Assembly (NCBI GenBank): GCA_963664825.1
Contig: OY761614.1
Span: 3,360,001-3,424,000, forward strand
Direction: 5' to 3'
DNA: 64,000 bases
From: an uncultured Holophaga sp.
Lineage (GTDB): Bacteria; Acidobacteriota; Holophagae; Holophagales; Holophagaceae
In this document: positions 36,167 through 45,539 of the stretch, in pieces
Layout: each line of letters opens with the position of its first letter
Numbering within the stretch: position 1 is the stretch's first letter
Translations under genes and position numbers: made by a program
The notes under the pieces: model-generated
Database searches by the model: none
The model's input: only the letters and a program-made list of their open reading frames with translations
What the model was told of the DNA's origin: nothing

Positions 36167-36982
36167 TCAGTTTCCCAGGTAGGTGAACCAGAACCGCACG
36201 CCCAGGGTGGGCCCTTCGAATCCGTCGGGCAGGCGCGGCAGGGGATCGGAGCGGCGCACGGCCATGAGGGCGCTCTGATCGAGAGAGCCATTCCCGCTGG
36301 GGATCTCGATGCGGGCGCCCTCGAGATGGCCGTCCCGGCGGATGCGAAAGTAGATCTGCACACGGCCCTGGGCGCTATTGATGCGGTTCCAGTTGCCGGT
36401 GATGGTGCCCTGCACCTGCTGCAGATACCACACGAAGGGGAAGTTCCCGTCCAGATCGCCGATGAGCCCCACGCCGCCCTGGACGCCGCCCGTGGCCCGG
36501 AGTCCGGGGATGCCCGTGCCCTCGCCGATGCCGCCGCCACCGCCCCGCCCGGCCGCGCCCGGAGTGGGATGGGCCGAAGGCCTAGCCCCCTTGCTGGCCA
36601 CGGGCGCCTTGCCCATGCTCTCGGGATTGGTGCTGGTGCCCTTGGCGGGGGCGCTCCGCTTGGTGCCGAAGACATTGGGGGTCACCGAACTCCCGGCCTT
36701 GTCATCGCTCTTGGGAGCCACCTCTTCCACCCGGCGCACCCGCTCGCCCTGGGTGCCCTCCTCCATGGCCGCACTGCCCCCGGAGGTGCCCTCACTGCCC
36801 ATGGCGGGAAGGGTGACCCAGGTGACCTTGACCTCTTCGGATTTGGGCGTGACCTTGGGCAGCACCAGGAAGGCCCCCGCCACCAGCAGGTGCGCCGCGG
36901 CGCTCAGGGCGATGCCCGCCGGCCAGCTCATCGCGCCGACCCGCGCGCGTTCCTGGAGCTGCTGATAGAGGGCCTGGCGCAT
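36167..36982 (-). CDS. TolA/TonB-family energy transducer
   Basis: TM with SAAAH motif, Gly/Pro linker, C-terminal SGNGSLDQSALMAVRRSDPLPRLP. Confidence 0.85.
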   Translation of the reverse strand: MRQALYQQLQERARVGAMSWPAGIALSAAAHLLVAGAFLVLPKVTPKSEEVKVTWVTLPAMGSEGTSGGSAAMEEGTQGERVRRVEEVAPKSDDKAGSSVTPNVFGTKRSAPAKGTSTNPESMGKAPVASKGARPSAHPTPGAAGRGGGGGIGEGTGIPGLRATGGVQGGVGLIGDLDGNFPFVWYLQQVQGTITGNWNRINSAQGRVQIYFRIRRDGHLEGARIEIPSGNGSLDQSALMAVRRSDPLPRLPDGFEGPTLGVRFWFTYLGN

Positions 36983-37413
36983 CAGAATTCCTTTTCGGAC
37001 GCCGGTGCCCCAGGAATGCCCTGTGTGACGAAGCCCACCTGGGTGAAGCCCGCCTCGCGGATGGCGTCCACCACGGCGATGACCCGGCCGTAGGGGATGG
37101 CATTATCGGCCCGCACCAGCACCGGGCGTTTCCGGCCCTCGCTGGCCTTCTGGCGGAGCTGGCTCTTGAGCTGTTCTTCGCGCAGATAGGCCTTCTCGAA
37201 TTCGATGCGCCCATCCCGGGAGAGGGTGACCACGAGAGCCTCGCTCTCCAGGCTCTTGCCCGTGCGGCTCTCGGGCAGGTTCACGTCCACGCCCGTGGTC
37301 AGCATGGGCGCCGCCACCATGAAGATGATCAAGAGCACGAGCATGACGTCGATCATGGGCGTCATGTTGATGTCGGCCATCTGTCCGCGCTTACTACCGG
37401 GTGTAAAGGCCAT
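36982..37413 (-). CDS. TolR/ExbD biopolymer transport protein
   Basis: [43 protein letters not shown] before ATG 37413. Confidence 0.92.
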   Translation of the reverse strand: MAFTPGSKRGQMADINMTPMIDVMLVLLIIFMVAAPMLTTGVDVNLPESRTGKSLESEALVVTLSRDGRIEFEKAYLREEQLKSQLRQKASEGRKRPVLVRADNAIPYGRVIAVVDAIREAGFTQVGFVTQGIPGAPASEKEF

Positions 37414-37487
37414 AGGTTCCTCTGAACTCCGCTCCCAGTCTACACCCAAGCCGGGCCCGCGTTCCCAGCCCTCGGCGTTGCATTAGG

Positions 37488-38387
37488 ATGGAAGAGCTAA
37501 GGATCCTCATGCTGCACCGCTTGCTCTACGCCAACTGGGAGGAGCCGCCCGAAAGGATGGCCTTCGAGGCGCCGTACCGGCAGATCCTGACCCGCACCCG
37601 GGAGACGCTGGCAAGGGTGCTCCAGGGCACCGACGCCGCCCTGGATGATCCTCCCTCGGCCCCGGCGGCCTTCTGGGAAGACTGCCTGGATCTCTACCTG
37701 CTCGCCCCCGCCCTCGTCAACGTGGCCCTGAACTACAAGGTCTGCGTGGAACAGGGACTGCCCCTGCATCCCACCTACTACTTCGAAGTCAGCGAAAAAA
37801 ACCGCTTCCAGGCCAGCTACCCGCCGGAGATCACCGCGGGGGCCCAAGCGTTCTTCCTGGAGGCCATCACCATGGCCCGGGTTATTTTTTCCCTTCAGCC
37901 TGACGCGGTGGAGCGCCTGGAGGCCTTCCAGGAGCACCTGCCCGCAGGCGTGGCGGATTTCATCTACACCAGCACCCAGGACAAGTACACCTGGCGGGCC
38001 TCGGAACCCCGCAAGGTCCTCGACCTGGTCGCCTCCATCCAAAAGAAAGTGCAACCCAGCCTGATCCTGGGGGCGGCCCACGGCTCCATCATGTCGGGGC
38101 TCCTGGCGGCCAATCTGCTGGAGGCGCCCCTCTACTTCATCCGTTTCTCCATGTTCAAGCGCCACGACACAGCCCCCATCATCGCCCCCAGCGATCTGCA
38201 CTTCCTGGCCGCCTACCGCCAGGGGCCCGTGATCCTCTTCGACGAGGATGTGGCCAAGGGCACGACCCTCACCCAGTTCACGGATTTCCTGAGGCCCTTC
38301 TTCCAGGAATCCTATTCCGCCGGAGTCCTGCGCCATGCCTACGCCTCCCACCGCCCCGACTTCACCGGCCAGGTGTGGTACGAATGA
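37488..38387 (+). CDS. Phosphoribosyltransferase-fold protein with an N-terminal helical extension
   Basis: C-terminal VILFDEDVAKGTTL resembles a PRPP-binding loop; N-terminal ~170 aa unrecognised. Confidence 0.65.
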   Translation: MEELRILMLHRLLYANWEEPPERMAFEAPYRQILTRTRETLARVLQGTDAALDDPPSAPAAFWEDCLDLYLLAPALVNVALNYKVCVEQGLPLHPTYYFEVSEKNRFQASYPPEITAGAQAFFLEAITMARVIFSLQPDAVERLEAFQEHLPAGVADFIYTSTQDKYTWRASEPRKVLDLVASIQKKVQPSLILGAAHGSIMSGLLAANLLEAPLYFIRFSMFKRHDTAPIIAPSDLHFLAAYRQGPVILFDEDVAKGTTLTQFTDFLRPFFQESYSAGVLRHAYASHRPDFTGQVWYE

Positions 38388-38408
38388 GGGCCATGATCTA
38401 ATGCATCC

Positions 38409-40700
38409 ATGATTCGTCTCATCGTCGCCGAAAAACCGAGCATGGGCCGCGCCATCGCGGCCGCGCTGGGGCTCCAGGGCAGCGGGCGCAGCTCCATTCA
38501 AGGAGGCGACACCATCGTCACCTGGTGTGTGGGCCATCTGGTGGAAGCGCTCGGTCCCGAGGGCTACGATCCGAACTTGAAGCAGTGGCGCCTGGACACG
38601 GTGCCCATCTTCCCCCCGGAATTCCGCTACGCGGCCAATGCCCAGACGAAAGACCAGTACGACGTGGTGGCCGGACTGATGACCCGGGACGATATCGGCG
38701 AGGTCGTCAACGCCACGGATGCCGGGCGCGAGGGGGAACTCATCTTCGATCTGGTCTACCGCCTCTCGGGATGCGCCAAGCCCGTGCTGCGTTTCTGGAC
38801 CTCCAGCCTCACCGACGACGCCATCCGGGAGGCCTACGGTCGCATGAAGCCTGGAGAAGCCTATGTGGGCCTGCGGGACGCGGCCAGATCCCGCCAGGAA
38901 TCCGACTGGCTCGTGGGGATCAATTGCACTCGGGCCCAGACCCTGGTGATGAGGCGATCCGGCGGGGAAGGAGTCTACTCCATCGGCCGTGTGCAGACGC
39001 CGACGCTGGCCATCCTGGTGAACCGGGAACTGGAGATCACCAACTTCGTGCCAAAGGATTTCTGGACGCTGCTGGCCGTCTTCACCACCCCCGAGGGCGC
39101 CTACAAGGGCAAGTGGTTCACCAAGCTCGAGGGCAAGGAGCAGGACCGCTTCGAGCACGAAGAAGATGCCAGGGCCCTGGCCGCCAAGCTGGCCGGTCTC
39201 CCGGGCCTAGTGGCTTCGGTCACGGGCAAGACCGACAAGAAGCGCCCGGAGCTGCTCTACGACCTGACGGCCCTCCAGAAGGAAGCCAATAAGCGCTTCG
39301 GTTTCACCGCCGAGCACACGCTGGAGATCGCCCAGACCCTGTATGAATCCAAGCTCATCAGCTATCCCCGCACCAATTCGCGCTATCTCACGGAAGCCGA
39401 TGCCGCCAAGGTGCCCATCTGGATCAAGGCCCTGGCCACCGGGCAGCTGGTGGAGCTGCGCCCCTTCGTCGAAGAGCTCCGAGGCCGCTGGCCGGTGAAA
39501 CTGGACAAGCGCTTCGTGGACGATAAGGAAGTGGAGGATCACTCGGCCCTGGTGCCCACGGAAAATGCCGCCCGGAGCCTGGGCGGCGACGGGCTCAAGA
39601 TCTACGAACTCATCGCCAGGCGATTCCTGGCGGCTTTTTTCCCCGAGCGCATCGAGGCCAAGACCACGATCGTCACCAAGATCGCCAAGGAGACCTTCAA
39701 GACCATGGGCACGGTGGTGAAGGAATTGGGCTGGTCCCAGGTGGATCCGCCCCACGGCAGGCCCAAGAAGGAGACCAAGAAGGCCAAGGCCGAAGAACTG
39801 GAGGCTGAAGAACCCGAAGCCGAGGAGCCCGAAGAAGACGCAGGCACGCTGCCCCTGGTCACCAAGGGACAGGAGGTCGCCACCCGGGAGCTCCTCCCCA
39901 AGGCCGGCAAGACCTCGCCCCCCAAGCGCATGAGCGAAGGGGATCTGCTGGCCGCCATGCAGGGCGCGGGCCGGGAGCTGGACGATTCCGAACTCAAGGG
40001 CGCCATGAAGGACTGCGGCCTGGGCACCCCCGCCACCCGGGCCTCCATCATCGAGACGCTGCTCAAGCGCATGTACGCGGCCCGCAAGCGCAATATCCTC
40101 CAACCCACGGAAAAGGGCATCGAATTGATCCGGGGTCTGCAGGCCGAGAGCCTCAAGTCCCCCCAGCTCACTGGCGAATGGGAGGCGCGCCTGGAGCGCA
40201 TGCGCCGGGGCGAGACCGCCCGGGAGGCCTTCATGGGGGACGTGAAGACCTTCGTGACAGACCTCATCGACCAGATCAAGGCCTCGGCCCCTGCGACCTC
40301 CAAGCAGATCTTCGGCCCGGTCCTCGGCCCCTGCCCCAGCTGCGGCGCGGAGCTGCGCCTGCGGGACTGGAAGGGGACATACTACGCCAAGTGCAGCGGC
40401 GCCGAATGCCGCGTGGCCTTCGATTGCGACGACAAGGGCCAGCCCGCCATCCTCTGCCGCTACTGCCAGGGCCCCGTGCGCACGACCAAATCCGGTTCGC
40501 ACATCTGCGTGGCCTGCCAGCGGTGGCAGGAGGAGAAGACCCTCGAGGCCGCGCCAGAGGCTCCGCCCTGCGCCTCCTGTGGCCGGCCCATGCGGGTCAT
40601 CCCCAGCACCCGCAAGGGCCAGTATTTCTTGCGCTGCGCAGCGTGCGGCATCACCCAGGAAGCGAAGAGTCCCGCCCCTGCGCCCGAATCCCCATCTTGA
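38409..40700 (+). CDS. topB: Type IA DNA topoisomerase (topoisomerase III-like)
   Basis: AEKPS, TWCVGHL, NATDAGREGE, GRVQTPTL, catalytic SYPRT, GLGTPATRA; C-terminal C4 zinc ribbons. Confidence 0.9.
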   Translation: MIRLIVAEKPSMGRAIAAALGLQGSGRSSIQGGDTIVTWCVGHLVEALGPEGYDPNLKQWRLDTVPIFPPEFRYAANAQTKDQYDVVAGLMTRDDIGEVVNATDAGREGELIFDLVYRLSGCAKPVLRFWTSSLTDDAIREAYGRMKPGEAYVGLRDAARSRQESDWLVGINCTRAQTLVMRRSGGEGVYSIGRVQTPTLAILVNRELEITNFVPKDFWTLLAVFTTPEGAYKGKWFTKLEGKEQDRFEHEEDARALAAKLAGLPGLVASVTGKTDKKRPELLYDLTALQKEANKRFGFTAEHTLEIAQTLYESKLISYPRTNSRYLTEADAAKVPIWIKALATGQLVELRPFVEELRGRWPVKLDKRFVDDKEVEDHSALVPTENAARSLGGDGLKIYELIARRFLAAFFPERIEAKTTIVTKIAKETFKTMGTVVKELGWSQVDPPHGRPKKETKKAKAEELEAEEPEAEEPEEDAGTLPLVTKGQEVATRELLPKAGKTSPPKRMSEGDLLAAMQGAGRELDDSELKGAMKDCGLGTPATRASIIETLLKRMYAARKRNILQPTEKGIELIRGLQAESLKSPQLTGEWEARLERMRRGETAREAFMGDVKTFVTDLIDQIKASAPATSKQIFGPVLGPCPSCGAELRLRDWKGTYYAKCSGAECRVAFDCDDKGQPAILCRYCQGPVRTTKSGSHICVACQRWQEEKTLEAAPEAPPCASCGRPMRVIPSTRKGQYFLRCAACGITQEAKSPAPAPESPS

Positions 40701-40748
40701 AGGCCAATCCCTGCTAGGCTTTTGCCATACATTCCCCAAGGACTGGCC

Positions 40749-42200
40749 ATGGCCAAGATCGATAAGTTCCTCACCACGATGGTGGGCCGAGGCGCGCCCC
40801 TGCTCCGCCTGGACCCCGGGGATACGCCCGTGCTGGAGCTGCCCGGCGGCCATCGCACCCCCTTGAGTGGCCAGGAACTCCTGGGCACGGTCCTGGACGG
40901 CCTCGCCAAGGAGATCCTCCCGGCCGAGCAGGAGACGGCCTACCTGCGGGGGGACAAGATCCAGTTCGACTACACCATGGACGGGGAGCGCTTTCAGATC
41001 CTGGTGGCCCGGTCCAATCTGGGCACGCGAATCGTCGTGGGCCGCATCCCCGGGAGCGGCGGCAAGGGCAGCGCCGGGGGGCCCCTCAAGGCCGCCAAGC
41101 TGGAACTCCTCGTCCAGCGGATGCTCGGCAATAGCGGGTCGGATCTCTACCTCAACACCGACGAATTTCCCATCCTGCGCAGGGATGGGAAGCTGGAGGT
41201 CCAGGACGATATCACGCCCCTGGGCTCCCGGGATCTGGAGGATCTGATCAAGCCCTGGGTGCCCACCCGGAACATGGAGGCCTATCTGGCGGGCCAGGAT
41301 ACGGAATTCTCCCACCAGGAGAGCGCCCTGCCCTGTCGGCTGCGGGTGAGCCTCTTTCATGATTCCACGGGCCCCGCCATCGCCCTGCGGGTGGTACCCA
41401 AGGAGATCCCCGGGGCCGAGATGCTGGGCCTGGGGGAAGCCGTGCGGCGCCTGGCCAGCCTCAACAAGGGCCTCGTGCTCCTCACGGGCCCCATGGGATC
41501 GGGCAAGAGCACCACCCTGGCCTGCCTGCTGGAGATCGCCCATCGCACCCGCAGGGACTTCATCATCGGCGTCTACGATGCGGTGGAATTTGAGCTGGGC
41601 AAGGGCGGATGCCTCACCCGCCAGCGGGAAGTGGGCCGGGACCCCGCGCGCCAGCGCCAGGCCCTCCGGGCCGCCCTCCGGCAGGCCCCCGATATCCTGG
41701 TCATCGACGAGATCCGCGATCCCGAGACCATCGATCTGGCCCTCCAGGCCGCTCATGCGGGCCACGTGGTCTTCGCCACCCTCCAGACGGCCTCCCTCCT
41801 GGACACCCTCACCTGCCTGGTGGATTCCTTCCCGATGGAGCGCCAGCCCTGGATCCGCACGCGCTTGGCGGGCTGCCTCAAGGCCATCATCGGCCACACG
41901 CTGCTGAGGAAACCCGCAGGAGGACGGGTCTCGGCCCTGGAGACCCTCTTCACGACCCCGGCCATCGCCGAACTGATCCGGGAGAACAAGCTGCCCCAGG
42001 TGGGCGCGGCCATGAAGGGCGGGCGCTACGGCCAGGAGACCCACGAGGAGGCGCTGGTGAGCCTCATCCAACGCGGCATCGTCGAGCCCATGGAGGCCTA
42101 CCTCAAGTGCCAGGACCGGGAGACCTTCATCAAGGCTTGCAAGAAGGCCGGCATCGATTTCGACCCCAGAGGCGAAGGGGCCATCACCACCGACGTCTGA
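40749..42200 (+). CDS. PilT/PilU-family ATPase with an extra N-terminal domain and divergent Asp/His boxes
   Basis: GPMGSGKSTT, ALRQAPD, DEIRD, AIAELIRE; duplicated PilT-like N-domain. Confidence 0.85.
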   Translation: MAKIDKFLTTMVGRGAPLLRLDPGDTPVLELPGGHRTPLSGQELLGTVLDGLAKEILPAEQETAYLRGDKIQFDYTMDGERFQILVARSNLGTRIVVGRIPGSGGKGSAGGPLKAAKLELLVQRMLGNSGSDLYLNTDEFPILRRDGKLEVQDDITPLGSRDLEDLIKPWVPTRNMEAYLAGQDTEFSHQESALPCRLRVSLFHDSTGPAIALRVVPKEIPGAEMLGLGEAVRRLASLNKGLVLLTGPMGSGKSTTLACLLEIAHRTRRDFIIGVYDAVEFELGKGGCLTRQREVGRDPARQRQALRAALRQAPDILVIDEIRDPETIDLALQAAHAGHVVFATLQTASLLDTLTCLVDSFPMERQPWIRTRLAGCLKAIIGHTLLRKPAGGRVSALETLFTTPAIAELIRENKLPQVGAAMKGGRYGQETHEEALVSLIQRGIVEPMEAYLKCQDRETFIKACKKAGIDFDPRGEGAITTDV

Positions 42201-42292
42201 GACCTCGACGGGGCCTGGGCCCTCAAGCATCCCATCGAGGAAGAGACCCGCCCGGGCTTGCCACGGCGAAGGCCCCCATGGCAAGGTGGAGA

Positions 42293-42470
42293 TTCCGATG
42301 GAGGAGCGGTCCCCTATCAGTAGCGTCGGCGAGGGTGATGAGCCCCGTGACCCGCCGCGAAAGGGGAGGATCGCCGAAGGGATGCGGTTTTCTCATCAGC
42401 CAAATCCCTGGACGTCCGGGCTAAATCCCGGCGCCTGTCGCGGCAGAACACCGCGGAGTGCCAAGGGGAA
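42293..42470 (+). ncRNA. Lysine riboswitch (L-box)
   Basis: Conserved elements in order: GAGGAGCG, AGUA, GAAAGGGGAG.AUCGCCGAAG, UGG, CUGUC, GGAGUGCCA; complementary kissing loops UGAUGAG / CUCAUCA; ends about 60 nt upstream of ATG 42529. Confidence 0.88.
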
Positions 42471-42528
42471 GTCGCCAGGAGTTCCGCTCCAGTGTGCTCT
42501 TCAAGGCGCCATCGCAGCTGAGGCGGCT

Positions 42529-43632
42529 ATGAAGATTGGATGCACGGAAAACCGGAGAACCTGGATCACCCGATGGTTGCTGGAACTCTGTGACCGGGAC
42601 ACCACCTCCGGCCACGAGGATGCCATGCTGCCCGCCCTGCGCAGCCTGCTGGCGGAGCTGGGAGCCGAGATCCTTGAACAGCCTGTGGGCCCCGGCCGGA
42701 CTAATATCCTGGCCCTCTGGGGGGCGCCCCGGGTCCTCTTCTCCACACACCTCGACACGGTGCCCCCCTTCATCCCGCCCACCCTCGACGGGGATCTCCT
42801 CCGGGGGCGCGGGGCCTGCGAGGCCAAGGGCCAGATCGTGGCCCAGCTGGGCGCGGTGCGGGAGCTCCTCCAGGATGGGGTCGGCCACCTCGCCTGGCTC
42901 GGCGTGGTGGGAGAGGAGACCGATAGCGCCGGGGCCCGGGCGGCCCTGGAACTCTCCGCGCACCTGGCGGGGTGCCGAGCCCTCATCTGCGGCGAGCCCA
43001 CGGGACTCAAGCTGGCGACCGGACAGCGGGGCATCCGCCACTACGTGCTGCGATGCCGGGGCCGCGCCGCCCACTCCAGCCTATCCCAGGGGGGCAATTC
43101 AGCCCTCTGGCCACTACTGGACTGGCTGCAACGCCTCCGGGAGCTCCGCTGCGCCGAAGACCCCGAGCTGGGACCGGAATCCTGGAACCTCGGCCTCTTG
43201 GAGGGCGGGCAGGCCGTCAACGTGGTCCCGGACTACGCCGAGGCCCATCTGATGGTGCGGGCCTTCCCGGGAGGCTGCCTCGATGCCCGGGTGAGGGATC
43301 TGGCCCCGCCGGAAGGGGAGGTGGAATTGCTCCTCTGGGAACCCCATGACCGCTATCCCCGGCTGCGGGGCTTCGAATACGCCTCCATGCCCTTCGGCTC
43401 CGACGCGCCCTGCCTGCGCAAGCTGGCCCTGGACGGGATGGTCGTATTGGCCGGTCCCGGTTCCATCGCTTCGGCCCACGGCCCGGACGAATGCATCTCC
43501 CTCGATGAACTCGAGGCAGGCGTCGCCCTGAACGACCGGCTGGCCCGGCGCTTCCTCCGGGCCTGCAAGGATTCCGGCAATGTGCGGCCGGCCAAGCGAG
43601 GCCCGGTGCGCCATCTGAGCACTTCGGCCTGA
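42529..43632 (+). CDS. M20-family metallo-deacylase (ArgE/DapE/LysK-like)
   Basis: STHLDTV, GRGACEAKG, GEETD, GEPT, GRAAHS, AHGPDE; GAGG RBS. Confidence 0.88.
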   Translation: MKIGCTENRRTWITRWLLELCDRDTTSGHEDAMLPALRSLLAELGAEILEQPVGPGRTNILALWGAPRVLFSTHLDTVPPFIPPTLDGDLLRGRGACEAKGQIVAQLGAVRELLQDGVGHLAWLGVVGEETDSAGARAALELSAHLAGCRALICGEPTGLKLATGQRGIRHYVLRCRGRAAHSSLSQGGNSALWPLLDWLQRLRELRCAEDPELGPESWNLGLLEGGQAVNVVPDYAEAHLMVRAFPGGCLDARVRDLAPPEGEVELLLWEPHDRYPRLRGFEYASMPFGSDAPCLRKLALDGMVVLAGPGSIASAHGPDECISLDELEAGVALNDRLARRFLRACKDSGNVRPAKRGPVRHLSTSA

Positions 43633-43641
43633 ATTCAGCTT

Positions 43642-44892
43642 TCAGGAAGAGCTCCCTGCCCCAGGGAAGGCCCCCTGGATGACCCGTTTCGCCCCGAGGG
43701 GGAAGGGGCAGAGCTCGGCATCGTGGATCTCCAGATCCACTCCGGGGAAGGCCAGTTCCCCCTCCAGGGACCGACACGCATCCAGCCTGAGCACCAGCGT
43801 CGGCCTCTCCTTCCCCGCTCGCAGTGCGGCCTCGAAGGCCCGCACGGCGGGGAACCCGAACACCCGTTCGTCCAGCTGGTGGATGCTCAAGGTCCTCCCC
43901 TGCCCCAGGGCCAGCACATTCTCCAGGCGCCCCTCCACCCGCCCCAGGCGCGGGAGGACGCTGCCGCAGGGACAGGGACCGGTGATCATCCGAGCCATAT
44001 CGCCCGTGCGATAGCGGATGAGGGGCATGGCTGCCTGGCCGAGGGTGCTGAGGACGATTTCCCCCGGTAGGCCGGGCTCCACCGGAGCACCCGTCGCCGG
44101 GTCCAGGATCTCAAGGATCAGTTCAGGCCGCAGGTGGTGCCCCTCCCGGGCGGCACACTGCACGGCGCATCCGAAGCCGGTCTCGGTCAGGCCGTAGTGG
44201 GTGAACACCTGGCAGCCCCAGGTTTCCTCAATGGCTTGGATCACGCTTTGGGCCGCGTAATCGGCGCTCAGGAGGACCGTCCGGGGGCGCAGGGCAGGCT
44301 CCCTGCGGCACAGGTAAATCATCTGGGCCGGGGTCCCCACCAGGCATTGGGCCCCCCGCGCGGCTTCCAGGGCGTCGGAAGCCGACCAATCCCGAGCGCA
44401 TCGGGATACCCGCACCTCCAGGCGCTGGAGAGCCGCCTCCAGCAACCGGCCGACGCTATGTTCGGATTCCCCGGGCAGGAGGATCAGCGCCCGCTCACCC
44501 CGGGACACCAGGGCCTCCATGCCGTGTTCGAAAAAGTCCACGGTGCGCAGCAGATCCTCCCGGGTGAAGCAGATGCGCTTGCGGAGGCCGGTGGTGCCCG
44601 AGCTCGTCAGGGTGGTCACCCGGGCGACCTCCCGCTGAGGCACACACAGGAAGGCAAGAGGGTCCCTCGCCAGTTCCGCAGGCCAGGTGAAGGGCAGGCG
44701 CGCCAGCTCCTCTCTGGATGCGAGGGCCTGGGGGTCAAATGTCCCCAAGCGCTCAGCGTAGAAGCGGCTGTGGCCCCGGGCATAGGCAAGGAGCTCCCGG
44801 AGCCGTGCCATCTGCCAGCCTTCCAGGGACTGGGCCTGGAGCGCGGCCAAGCCCGTACGCTGCTGGGTCCAGGCCTCCAGGGGCGAAATCAC
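43642..44892 (-). CDS. Phenylacetate-CoA ligase-like AMP-dependent ligase (DVU_1553-type)
   Basis: TSSGTTG, HYGLTETG, PLIRYRTGD, CPCGS; GTG start overlaps the upstream stop (GTGA). Confidence 0.85.
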   Translation of the reverse strand: MISPLEAWTQQRTGLAALQAQSLEGWQMARLRELLAYARGHSRFYAERLGTFDPQALASREELARLPFTWPAELARDPLAFLCVPQREVARVTTLTSSGTTGLRKRICFTREDLLRTVDFFEHGMEALVSRGERALILLPGESEHSVGRLLEAALQRLEVRVSRCARDWSASDALEAARGAQCLVGTPAQMIYLCRREPALRPRTVLLSADYAAQSVIQAIEETWGCQVFTHYGLTETGFGCAVQCAAREGHHLRPELILEILDPATGAPVEPGLPGEIVLSTLGQAAMPLIRYRTGDMARMITGPCPCGSVLPRLGRVEGRLENVLALGQGRTLSIHQLDERVFGFPAVRAFEAALRAGKERPTLVLRLDACRSLEGELAFPGVDLEIHDAELCPFPLGAKRVIQGAFPGAGSSS

Positions 44893-45539
44893 GGCTCTGC
44901 CTTCCGGGCGATGAGGAGGCCGTAGCCGCACCTCACGGCCCTGAGGGTCGCGGCGTCCGTACCCAGTTCCGCGCAGAAGGACTGGATCCCCCGCTCGAAA
45001 ACCAGCTGGCCCCAGAGGGATAGAAGGGCCTCCGAATGGTTCTCGAAGGACGCCAGGGTGAACCCTTGGCGCTGGACCCGCGCCTCCAATTCCCCTTGGG
45101 TCTCCAAACGCCCCAGGCAGCCCTGCAGGCGGGCTGGCACCCCCCGAGCGAACATATCGGAGATCACGAGATGCCCCCCCGGCCTCAGCACGCGATGGCA
45201 TTCCCCCAGGGCCGCGTCCGGGTCTTCCACCACAGATAGGCTGCACTCCAGCAGCACCCCATCCATGGCCTTGGATGAAACGGGAAGGCGCTCGGCCACG
45301 GCGCGGAACAGGTGGCCTGAGCTTCCAGTCGAGACGAATGCGGCATCGAGCCCGAAGGCCTCCAGGCCATGCCGAGCCCTCAGGTGCTCCACGGTGGCGC
45401 CCGCGCCGCATCCCACATCCAGGAGCCTGGCCCCGCAGGAAAACCCGCAGAAGGCCATGGCCCGATCCGTGAGGGCCAAGCCTCCGGGGCGTTGGAGCCA
45501 TTCCCGGGGTGAGACCAGACAGGATTTCACGGACGCCAC
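44889..45539 (-). CDS. Class I SAM methyltransferase (DVU_1556-type)
   Basis: RPGGLALT, LDVGCGAG, ECSLS, RVLRPGG, GYGLLIARK. Start may be GTG 45530. Confidence 0.85.
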   Translation of the reverse strand: MASVKSCLVSPREWLQRPGGLALTDRAMAFCGFSCGARLLDVGCGAGATVEHLRARHGLEAFGLDAAFVSTGSSGHLFRAVAERLPVSSKAMDGVLLECSLSVVEDPDAALGECHRVLRPGGHLVISDMFARGVPARLQGCLGRLETQGELEARVQRQGFTLASFENHSEALLSLWGQLVFERGIQSFCAELGTDAATLRAVRCGYGLLIARKAEP

